Assembly: GCA_010093705.1 (NCBI GenBank) | Contig: MU006090.1 | Span: 833,817 to 897,816, forward strand | Reading direction: 5' to 3' | DNA length: 64,000 nucleotides | Origin: Patellaria atrata CBS 101060 | Lineage: Eukaryota | Shown: positions 24,553 through 35,923 of the stretch, one piece after another | How the letters are laid out: every line of letters starts with the position of its first letter | How positions within the stretch are numbered: the stretch's first letter is position 1 | Program-made: the position numbers and the translations under genes | Notes under the pieces: model-generated | What the model was told of the DNA's origin: nothing | What the model saw: only the letters and a program-made list of their open reading frames with translations | The model's database searches: none

Positions 24553-25230
24553 ATCACTTTCAGCATACATATACGTAAGAAGACCTAGATTGCGAGATTT
24601 CTCGTACTATTTCAAACGCACCCTACATCCTCCTTGTTTCTGTATAGATAAGTTTGGTAAGGATTATTACAATAGGGCAAAGACACAATTAGATAAGGAC
24701 CCTAATCGAAATACTAGTGTACTTCAAAGGAGGATACTCTGATAAGGGAGAGATGACCGTTCTGAGTATATCGATCAACAATGTCAGTATGGGAAATAAG
24801 ACACTGGACACAATGTTGCTGATGAATTTAGTGAAATTGACAATCTTCTAGTGCTAGTTTGAGATGAAATGGTTTTATTCTAAAGCTGAAGTGGAAAATG
24901 AGACTTGCTTAACTATGGCTGGGTCCTCCCCATGGTTCAAGGGACGTTGGAATTGAGATATCAGGTAGAATGTGCGAGTTCTATTTAAGCTCACCGCCTT
25001 GATGAAACTTGAATAGTTCTAACTTTAGCTTGCCAAGTGTACCTGCTAGACTAGTAGGGCTGCATGGAAAGTTCGTGAAGCTCTGCTGCATGAGCTACCC
25101 CACAGCCTTTTCAGAACAAAACCTCAGACTTCCAGTTTGTTCGTGCTAGAACTCCCAATTGCTCTTATAACTACCTGCTTGTTTGTCAAATTCCGTTCAG
25201 AAGACCGTTTATCTCTAAAACCCTTTCACT

Positions 25231-26613
25231 ATGGCAGGTAAGAGCTACACCGGTTCTCCACAAGATATTGAGTACTCACAAGGCCTTAGAAAAACGCAGC
25301 CGCGTCTTCTTTGATATCCAGATCGGCAACACCGATGCTGGACGGGTTAACTTTGAACTGGTGAGTAAGGATGATATATTTAAATTGATCAAGTGTCAGG
25401 ACATCAACTAACGTATACAGTACGATGACAGTAAGTAACACCTACCGTAACCCCGCGTTGCACCGACTTTTATTTTAACATCACATTCAAGTCGTTCCGA
25501 AGACCGCAGAAAATTTTCGTGCTCTCTGCACCGGAGAGAAAGGCACGGGAAGTAGTGGCAAACCGCTACATTATAAAGGCTCCCAGTTCCACCGAGTCAT
25601 CAAGCAGTTTATGATCCAGGGTGGTGATTTCACGGCTGGCAACGGTACTGGTGGGGAATCCATCTACGGAGAGAAATTTGAGGATGAGAATTTTGCACTC
25701 AAGCATGAGAAGCCCTTCCTACTCTCTATGGCCAATGCCGGTCCCGGTACGTGAACTTATACCATGATTGGACCACCAAAGCTCACCGATCTAGGCACCA
25801 ATGGCTCCCAATTCTTCGTGACTACTGTCCCCACACCTCATCTCGACGGCAAACACGTTGTGTTCGGCGAGGTCATAAACGGAAAGAGCATAGTTAGAAC
25901 GATTGAGAACCTCGCTACAGCTCCCGGTGATAAACCCTTTAAGGATGCCACTATCGTTGGTATGACTAGTTTCCCCCCTTGATATACCGTTCAGTCTGCT
26001 AACAAAGCCTATAGACTGCGGCGAACTTACGGGCGAAGATTACGATAAAGCCGTCGAAAAAATCGCCGACTCAACCGGTGACCCTTATGAAGACTTCCCC
26101 GAAGACCAAGGCTCCGACATCCCTGGACCCGAGATCCTCAAAATTGCCTCCGAGCTCAAGGAACTTGGAAACAAGGCCTTCAAATCCGGGGAGATAACGC
26201 TCGGTTTGGCCAAATATCAAAAGGGCCTCCGCTACCTGCATGAGTATCCCGAACCGCAGGAGAATGACCCCCCGGAGCTCGGCAAGCAGTTGTCCAGCTT
26301 GAAATTCACGCTATACAATAACTCGTCTTTGTTGCAGATCAAGCTGAAGGAGTGGGATGCTGCGCTAAGCAGCGCTTCGAACGCCCTCGAAGTGCCGGGG
26401 ACGACGGATGCAGAGCAAGGCAAAGCCATGTATCGCCGTGCACTAGCACGAAGCGGGAAGAAGGCCGACGACGAAGCAGTCGAGGACCTCGAAGAGGCGC
26501 TTAAGAGAGTACCAGGCGATCCAGCAATCACATCAGAGCTGAACGCCGTTAAGAAGCGGGCGCAGGAAAGACTGAAGAAGGAGAAGGCGGCATATAAGAA
26601 ATTCTTCGATTGA
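25231..26613 (+). CDS. CPR6: Peptidyl-prolyl isomerase D / cyclophilin-40 (PPIase + TPR)
   Basis: [69 protein letters not shown] region, [10 protein letters not shown]; five introns including one flanking a 10-nt microexon at 25421-25430. Confidence 0.96.
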
Positions 26614-27102
26614 ACGGAGGGAGGAGGTTCCAAAAGTCGCATTAGCGTGGGCGTTCTGCTACGGTCTAAGGCGCACCCTGTTCCAGGATTGAGTTAATGA
26701 TTATTGAATGATAGATTCAGGCAATCTTTGCCAAATGAGATATGAGTATAGATGGTAGGAGGAAAAAAAGTCAATATTAGTAGAATATGGAGAATTCAAC
26801 CACATATCTGATATTTGAATATCGTTTCTGTGAGACCTCTAGCAAGGATTACAATGCACTTAGATGTGCATAAAGGGACACTTATTCGCAGAGGTGAATT
26901 AAAACATCCTTTAGAACATAGGAATAGCAGAAGAGTATCGTCAACTTCAGAGGCACGTGGAATTAAGAAAGAAGACGCCGTCCCGTTGTTTCGTGCGTTC
27001 ATAACCCCTTACCCCTATCCGAGCATAAAACACTCCAGCAATGCACTAAGCAATCCATCCTTCAAACAATAAACATACACCCATGCGGAAGACACTTCAT
27101 TG

Positions 27103-29913
27103 TTACTGCTGCGGCTGCGGTCTTGAGTTTAGCCCCTGCTTTGCCTATAACAATATAAGTCAGCCTCATCTAACACAAAAGACACCTCACAAGATGTACG
27201 GTTAACAACGGATACTACCCACCTTCATCATCTCAATTCTCGCCTTCAAACTCTGCGTGACCTCCGCCGCTCTTCTCCAGCTCTCCGCCGGCCCCTGGCC
27301 CCCTGCACTCCCCGAACTCGCGCTCCTTGATAACGGCCCATCTTCATTACTACCCGCAAGGGCTGGCGACGCTCTCCCCGTAGCACCAGAACCAGGTCTC
27401 GACAGTCCTGCAGGACGGCCGGGACTCAGCTTATGCCGGCCTGAATCAGGAAGGTTCTCCTTACCTTCGCTCGGGCTCGTAACATAGCTTCTTCCCGCTA
27501 GATTCCTGCCACCGTATCCTGGCACGTATGACTGTGCGGCATGATTGTCATACCGCCCAGCGCCGCCGTTGAGCTCAGAGTAAATCTGATCGCTCACGTC
27601 GAGCGGTGCGGGACTAGTTGCACGGACCTGGCGGCTGAGTTCACGCTTCAGACGGTCGACTTCTCGTTGCTGGGACGCGACTGTTTGTTCGGCGGCTTCG
27701 GCGTCGGAGCGGGCGCGGACGAGTTGCGTTTCTTTGGCTTTGATGCTGAGCACGTCTCGGGTGTGGTCTTCGATTAGTTGGGCGTTTTGGTTGCGGAGTT
27801 CGTGAATTTCGCTGTTTAGCCTTTGTCGCTCAGAGCGCATTTCCTCGTTGGTCCGGCGTAGCCGTTCCACTTCGGCGCGGAGCTCGTCCAGCTCAGCGCG
27901 TTCGACGGCGGAGAGGCCTGAGGGTACAGAGGCGGAGAGGGGTTCGGGGGCTACGGTTGCGGGTTTACCGAGAGGACGACCCGCGAGACCGCGACCCATA
28001 CCGAATTTTAGAGCGGGGACTGCCGCTGGGGGCTCTTCAACAGGAGACACGAGCTTTCGGGGTGAAGTTGCAACAGCTGGTCGCGCAAGACCGGGTGCTC
28101 TCTTCTGTAAACCCGCGCCTGCGGATGGGCCTGCAATACTGGATTTGGGACCTGCAAGTTTAGACACACCTGGTCGAGAGCTTGGCTTAGGGGCGAGCGG
28201 TGCAGCGGACTCAGGGGGAGGTGACGGCGCTCTTGCCGCCGGAGGGGCTGGCTTTTTGACGGCTGCTGGTTTCTTTCCCCCTAGAACCTTCTTAGGGCCT
28301 GGTGCTGCGGCGGCTTTCGGTGGAGGTGCAGCTGCTTTAGGCTTGTATTTCGCCTTGACCTCTGCAGATTCGTAGTACTCTTTGATCTTTGCTTTCCGGA
28401 TATCATCTAGACCTTCCAGATGGGCTGCCATAATGCGGTCACCCATTATCTTCCACAGGGTACCAAGTACTTCAGCACCAGCGGATCTCTGTACCTCTTG
28501 GGATTCTGTTAGTAGCTTAGTGGAAGCATCAGCTATTGATTTGACTTCAGGCGGTTGGGGAGCTTCTCTCGTCGTCTTGAGACATCTAATCAGGAATCGA
28601 GTGGATTCGAGCTTAACTTGTGGGTTTTTGTGTTTCAGGGCTTCTAGAATGTCTTCTAAACATTCTCCTAGACTGGTAGCCGCAAATACGGCATCCAGAG
28701 CTGCCCCAAGAGCGTCTGTTACTGCTTGTTTCTTTTCCTTCAATCGCTCAATAATCGGGCCTATAATAGTTGATCGATATTTGGCGAAACCCTTTTTCAA
28801 ACCCTTTGCTAGAAGTTCCACACAGTTTCCGGCGATCGATACTACGGCAATATTTGCATCTTTCATGCATTTTGCTAATGATCTTACGATTTCGTCGAAT
28901 GGACCTTCTGCGATTTTGGGATGGTTAATGGCGGTATGTAAGTCATCCAGAGCTTCCTTTCGGTCTTTCCATTTGGATGAGGATAATCTCTCCTGGAGAT
29001 CCTTGGGGATCTTGGGGAAAACGTCCACCGCTTCATATTCAGGTTCAAGGTCAAATGCAGCTTCTTCCTCCTCCATATCTTCTCCACCGGCCTCCCCTCC
29101 TGGCGGGGCTGAATCTATTGCCTCTTGTTGTGAACGTAATAGACGTTCCTGTTTTGGAGGTGGCTCATCCTTGACTTTCTCGAATAGCTTTTCTAGATCT
29201 TGTTGTTGAACCGGTTTGAGATCGTTCCAGAAGAGGGGTTTCATAGCATCTTTCACCCATCGGTAGAATTCTACTGTGAGATTCTGAGCCTCGCCACGGA
29301 CGTTCTTGTCAGCATGACCGAAAACTTTCGGCAAGACTTTCAATACAGGTTTCGGTTCCACCGTCTTACATCCATACGCGTGGTATATGGCAGTGAGAGC
29401 ATTAAGTGTCGCGGCAATGATCTTAGGCTGCTTATGCGACAACATGGGCAGTAGCTCTTCGATCACAGGCTCAGCTCGATCGAGCTCAATATATAACATT
29501 AGCGCTTCCAATGCAGCCTGCTTCGCGGCTGGTCGCGTTGCTGCTAGACCTTTCTCAACTATTGACGTTATCGTTAGGTTTCGCGTTCTGTAATAACAAT
29601 AGTTAGCCTTAGTAGAGCATTATGTGAGCCTCTAATTAACGAACCGCGTGCAACCAGCTTGACCAGCGACCTGCAAAAACGAGCAAAGAGCTCCCAACCC
29701 TTCTTGTTGCGCTGCGACGTTCGAATCTGCTACAGCAGCTTTCCATAGAGAAGGATCCTGTATGAACTGTCGCACTACTGGATCTGACTCGTTCGCCGCT
29801 CGATCAAATTCCTTCTTCGCCGCCTCATAACCTTCTTTCCTTACTTTCCAGTTCTTGTGCGCGAGGCGATCGGGTAGAGGGAGAGAGCTAAAATCCTCCT
29901 CTTGGTCTGCCAT
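27103..29913 (-). CDS. STU2: XMAP215/Dis1 family microtubule polymerase (Stu2/Alp14/AlpA)
   Basis: MADQEEDFSSLPLPDRLAHKNWKVRKE, two TOG domains (SSKWKDRKEAL), basic/Pro-rich linker, coiled coil, ESWRRAAEVTQSLKARIEMMK; introns ~29644-29589 and ~27221-27146. Confidence 0.95.
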
Positions 29914-30626
29914 GGTCTCTTGTACGGGGAGGAACGGTTCAGCTTAAACAAACAAATTCTGTAAGACAGGTTAGGCTGAAGGATGGGGAAAGTTATAACT
30001 TTGGGACATTCGAAAAAATGCGGTGCAACTCACTTTCCGATCCCGCGATTTGTACTGTACACTTGGTTACTGTGTAGTTTCAAAACGTGAAGCGCGGAGA
30101 AGTGAGGACAATATCGACAAAGATGATGGTGAAGAATTCAAAGGTTATTAGGATAAGATCCGCAACAGATCTAGTTAATAGTTTGTCGTGGGCGAATTCG
30201 GGCTAGGGTTGGGGCATAGTTTTCGGAGAGTGAAAGAGTGAGTTGTTTACGCTTCTTGGTGGGTGTGGGGTTGGCGAGACGATGGGAAAACAACGACTCT
30301 GTGAATTGCCAGCTACAATTTATTGACGCATCAAACATCGCTTCAACGCTTCACCGCTTCACCGTGAACCTAATTGTTTGCCTACCAGTCAATCTTATCT
30401 TCTTTGAAACTTTTCTTCAATTCAGTCTCTCCCTCCGCCCTAGGGTCAAGTCTTATGCGTCTCTCAGCCTGAGCGTCGTCATTCCTCTGACCCCCAGAAA
30501 AACAACAACTTCATTCCTCTCCGCGAGCTCTCAACTGCGCAATCACTCCAAGGGGTTGCATTACCCGTTCTTGCTCTAGGCTGAGTTCTGTGTCTTCTCA
30601 ACGGGACGTTGCACGCCGGTAGCCGT

Positions 30627-30650
30627 ATGGGCTTGCGGTTCCTGCAATGA
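30627..30650 (+). promoter_or_regulatory. 7-codon uORF (MGLRFLQ*) whose stop overlaps the nudF start codon (ATGA)
   Basis: ATG GGC TTG CGG TTC CTG CAA TGA; TGA 30648-30650 overlaps the main ATG 30647-30649. Confidence 0.5.
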
Positions 30651-32151
30651 GCCAGCTTCTAACGTCACGGCAGGCGGAGGAGCTGTACGTTGAAGCCCCC
30701 CGTCACACAACACCCGCCAGGTACAGACCCATACTGACGCACAGTTCACAGACACAAAGCTATAATTGCATATCTCTCCGCCTGCAACCTACCAAACAGC
30801 GCTGTTGCTCTTCGAGAAGAGTTAGGTATAGGCGACAGCTTTGACGATGCGACGAGGAAAAAGTATGAGGGGCTCCTGGAGAAGAAATGGACGAGTGTGG
30901 TTAGATTACAGAAAAAGGCATGCATGACTACATGTCGTAAAAATTCAAGGCTAACAATCGCTCGTTCAGATAATGGACCTTGAAGCCCGGAACGGCAATC
31001 TTCAACAGGAACTAGATTCTGCCACACCAACATCGCTTCTCAGGAAAAATCAAGACCCTATGAGCTGGTTACCTAGATTACCCGCACGCCACCGACTGCT
31101 ATCACACAGGCACCCGATCACTTGTATCGCATTTCATCCGATATTCTCGTCGCTCGCTTCAGGATCCGAAGACTGTACGATTAAGATATGGGATTGGGAA
31201 TTGGGTGAGCTGGAGAGGACAGTCAAAGGTCATACGAAGGGTGTGCTAGACGTTGATTTTGGCGGACCAAGAGGTGGAACTCTGCTAGCATCATGTTCTA
31301 GTGATCTGACGATCAAACTGTGGGATCCGAGCGACGAATATAAATGCGTAAGGACACTACCGGGACATGATCATTCAGTATCATCCGTGAGATTTATACC
31401 CAGCGGAGCTGCAGGAGCTCCACAGTCAGGGAATCTATTAGTCTCTGCTTCAAGAGATAAAACACTGAGGATATGGGACGTCACTACAGGATACTGTGTA
31501 AAAACGATAAGAGGGCACGCGGACTGGGTTCGAGATGTTGTGCCAAGCTTTGATGGAAGATGGCTACTGTCCGCAGGAAACGACCAGACTGCTAGATTAT
31601 GGGATGCTAGCTCCGGGGAACCAAAAACCACTTTTGTCGGACATGAACATGTCATAGAATGTGTTGCATTAGCACCTCCGGCGGCCTATATTCACCTAGC
31701 TCCCCTGGCCGGCCTGAAGAAAGCACCAGAGAAGAGTAGTTCGGCTGAATTTATAGCTACCGGATCCCGTGATAAGACTATTAAGGTATGGGACGGACGG
31801 GGAACGTTAATAAAAACACTTGTTGGTCACGATAACTGGGTACGGAGCCTAGTATGGCATCCAGGGGGGAAATACTTACTTAGCTGCGGTGACGATAAGA
31901 CGATTAGATGCTGGGACCTAACGCAAGAGTGCAAATGCGTAAAGACGATCGAAGAGGCGCACGAACACTTCGTCAGCTGTATGAGATGGGCACCCGGGGT
32001 CGTCAAAGATGCACAGCCCATCAATGGCGATACGAATGGAGCGTCGGTGAATGGTGTAGGTAAGAAGGATGACCCCGGCGGAAATGTCAATATTCGATGT
32101 GTGATTGCTACCGGCTCCGTCGATCTTGATGTCAAAGTTTGGGCTTCATAA
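30647..32151 (+). CDS. nudF: LIS1/NudF/Pac1 dynein regulator (LisH, coiled coil, WD40 repeats)
   Basis: [43 protein letters not shown]40 repeats; introns 30685-30751 and 30918-30969 (GC-AG). Confidence 0.97.
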
Positions 32152-32752
32152 TACAAGAGAGAGACGGTTTCGGCGTTGAGAAGGAGCCTGTCTGGTACGC
32201 ATCTTCTTAGGGGTTGAAAGGGCTATTTATCTGCGTGTAGCATACCCTTGACCGGCGTTAGGATTCTCTGGTCTAGATGAATGACAGGTTAGATGATCTT
32301 ATGAAAGATAGTTTGTAAGAGATATTTACGCTCAGTCAATTTCGGATTATTGTTGCGAGTTAATGTTCTCTGGATAGATGACTCTGTATCTCTAAGGTAA
32401 TATCAAATGACACTGAGGGCTAATGGGAAGCAGTTTTTGTTCCTAAATTTGCTCATACATCATCTATCTATAGCAATCCCTATTGTAATCTAGATGATTT
32501 CCACTCAAGCGACTCCTATTACTTGTGGCAACCGGGTTCTACAAAGTTCTACTTTTTATGTACTCGTAGCCCTATAGAGCATAATTAACCAATAAAGAGT
32601 AGCTTATTATGATTCGCTCGGCAAGTTTACCTAGTTCCGTCCGATGGAATCCCTGTAAAGCGACGGACTGTCGGATCCTACAAATCGCTTCTTCCCCAGA
32701 AAAATTCCCAAGTTGAGAGAGATCTGTTCTAAACTCAACCACAGATGTATCA

Positions 32753-35502
32753 ATGGCCGCAAGACAGGTAGTATTATCTCTGGGAAGGAGGGCTAATGTC
32801 GTGAGTATATAAGAAAAGGCTCCAAACAAATCTACAGCACGCTTAATACTAACTCTTTCATGTCTTATAGCTCCGTGCATATGCCCTCGCCCGCCCCTGC
32901 GGAACACGGACGCCTTCGATCGCCTCGCAGAGACTCTTCCACAAACCTAGGATATACACAACCTCCGCGGTACAGAGACTTGAGGATGTATTCCATTCTC
33001 AACGCGAAGACCCTGCCGCCGCTGCTTTCCTCGCTTCATACCAGCAAACCCCTACGACTCCGCAGACGCTGACGGAAAAGATTGTCCAACGGTATTCGCT
33101 GGGATTAGCGGAGGGGAAGGTCGTCAAAGCTGGGGACTATGGTAAAATAATATATACCGTACACGAAACAATGAAGGAAGGCTAATACAGGAGCATAGTC
33201 ACCATCTCGCCCCAACACTGTATGACGCACGACAACTCATGGCCTGTAGCGTTGAAATGTACAGTTCTCCTCCCATTGACCTCCAATTATGCTAGATCCT
33301 AACCCTAAGACACAGTCATGTCCATTGGCGCCTCCAAACTCCACAGCAACCGCCAAGTCGTCATGACGCTCGACCATGACGTCCAGAACAAATCCGAAGC
33401 TAACCTCAAAAAATACCGCCAAATCGAAGAATTCGCCGGAAAGCAAGGGGTAGACTTCTACCCTGCAGGCCGCGGTATTGGACACCAGATCATGGTGGAA
33501 GAAGGGTACGCATGGCCGGGCACCATGGTGGTTGCGTCAGACAGCCACAGCAACATGTATGGCGGGATTGGATGTCTGGGTACACCCGTTGTGCGAACCG
33601 ATGCGGCGAGTATATGGGCGACGGGTAAGACGTGGTTCCAGGTCCCACCGAACGCGAAGATACATTTCCATGGTGTGATGCCGAAGGGTGTAACCGGGAA
33701 GGACGTCATTGTCGCGTTAGCGGGTCTGTTCAATAAGGATGAGGTGCTGAATCATGCGTTGGAGTTTTCGGGCAGCGAGGAGACGATGATGAGTATACCC
33801 ATCGATGATAGATTAACAATATCCAACATGGTATGCCGGCTACTCTCCCGTATTCTGGTGTCCCGGTTGCGCTGATTAGGATTATTAGACCACAGAATGG
33901 GGCGCGCTTTCGGCAATCTTCCCACAAGACACCCTCCTCGAGCGCTGGCTCCGCTTCAAAGCTACTGAAGCTGCCCTCTTCAAGGCGTCCCAGCTCGCGG
34001 ACGGCACCACCGCCCACCGCTTCAACCACCCTCGCATCGACTCCCTCATCGACGTTCGCCTCGCTGCCGACCCCAATGCGACTTACGCCAAAACCCTCCA
34101 TCTTGACCTCTCCACCGTGACCCCATATGTTTCGGGCCCTAATAGCGTCAAAGTCGCTACGCCTCTCTCGGAACTGGAAGCACAGTCCCTCAAAGTTGAT
34201 AAGGCATACCTCGTATCTTGCACTAATAGTCGTGCTTCTGATCTCGCGGCCGCTGCAAAAGTCTTCAAGGAGAAAGCGGTAGACGGCAAAGTGCCGAAGA
34301 TCCCAGAGCACGTCAAGTTCTACATAGCCGCAGCATCGATCCCCGAACAACGCGCTGCGGAGGAGCAAGGCGATTGGCAAACTCTACTGGACGCTGGAGC
34401 TATCGCACTTCCATCGGGATGCGGTCCGTGCATCGGGCTCGGCACCGGCCTTCTCGAGCCAGGTGAGATCGGCATCTCCGCCAGTAACCGAAATTTTAAG
34501 GGTCGCATGGGATCTACGGAGGCGAAGGCGTACCTAGCCAGTCCGGAAGTCGTGGCCGCGAGTGCGCTAAATGGGAAGATCTCCGGTCCGGGATGGTATG
34601 AGAAACCGGCTGGCTGGACGGGAGTCATCCGTGGCGAGGGTGACGGCATTAGGGATGAGGATCGCATGATCAGGATCGAGGACGCGCTACAGCAGATCAT
34701 AGATGAAGCGGACGCACTCGCCGCTGAGGGAGAGAAAACATTGACGCTCTCCTCATCACCGACAACCTCAACCCCCAAAGCCCCAACCCAACAAAGCGAA
34801 GAACAACTCGCCTCCATCCTGCCCGGTTTTCCCGAACAAATATCCGGCGAAATCGTCTTCTGCGACGCCGATAACATAAATACCGATGGTATCTACCCGG
34901 GCAAATACACCTACCAAGATAACGTCTCCCGGACCACCATGGCCGAAGTCTGCATGGAGAACTACGACAAAGCCTTCCGCGACATTGCGAAAGCGGGGGA
35001 TATCCTCGTCGCCGGTTTCAATTTCGGCACTGGGAGTAGTAGGGAGCAGGCCGCGACCGCCCTGCTGGCCAAGGAGATTCCCCTGGTGGTGGCGGGGAGT
35101 TTTGGGAATATCTTCTCAAGGAATAGTATCAATAATGCGTTGATGGGCGTCGAGGTGCCGAGGTTGATTGAGCGGTTGCGGAAGACGTTCGGGGCGGAGA
35201 CGACGACGCAGAAGGCCGCTATCAAAGGGGAGGTGACTGAACCCAGCAGTTCTAAGGATCGGAGGGAATCGTCGACGAGCCCGCCTTCAGGGCCAACGGC
35301 TATGCCGCAGGGAGAGAAGGTGTTGACGAGACGGACAGGATGGACGTTGACGTGGGATGTGAGGCGGAGCAAAGTTGTTGTGAAGGAGGGTGAGGGGGGC
35401 GAGGTGTGGGAGCAGAAGGTAGGGGAGTTGAGCGAGAGCGTGCAGGATATCATCGCGAAGGGCGGGTTGGAGAAGTGGGTTAAGGCCAGCATCGGAGTTT
35501 AG
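32753..35502 (+). CDS. LYS4: Homoaconitase, mitochondrial
   Basis: [92 protein letters not shown]; several short introns. Confidence 0.97.
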
Positions 35503-35923
35503 AGGTAATATGTTTGGTCGTCATATAAAATAATGGAGGTAGATTGCTCTTCGTATTTCATGTAAAAATGATTTTTTGACTTATGGTAACGTAACGTAGT
35601 TTAGGTTGTATGGAGTGATCCATCTGGGTATGCATATAAAAAAAATTTCAAGAGCAGAAGTACAGGTAGATTATGATTGTGAAAAGAAAAAAAGGGCCAT
35701 TACAATGTGGGAAAACCCTTCCCCATAGGAACGATGAGTGGTATTACAATACCATATATGGGTAATCTTAGCGTGAGCTATGTCCATCTTTGTGAACTCC
35801 ATATCGACAATATCCGCCAACTGGGACACGGGAGCCGCCATCCTGTATGAGATGATTGAGATGAAAAGAAACGAGAATGACGGTAACTAAATAGCAGAAT
35901 GATAGTGAAAGAAGACTAGTATA

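Noticed and set aside
27848..29209. Long plus-strand ORFs (175 and 275 aa) opposite STU2
   Set aside because: Antisense shadows of a codon-biased gene with no recognisable motifs; the same applies to ORFs opposite LYS4, ENA1 and NADAR.
33298..33310. CCTAACCCTAA telomere-like motif
   Set aside because: Under two units, and it coincides with the branch point of a LYS4 intron.
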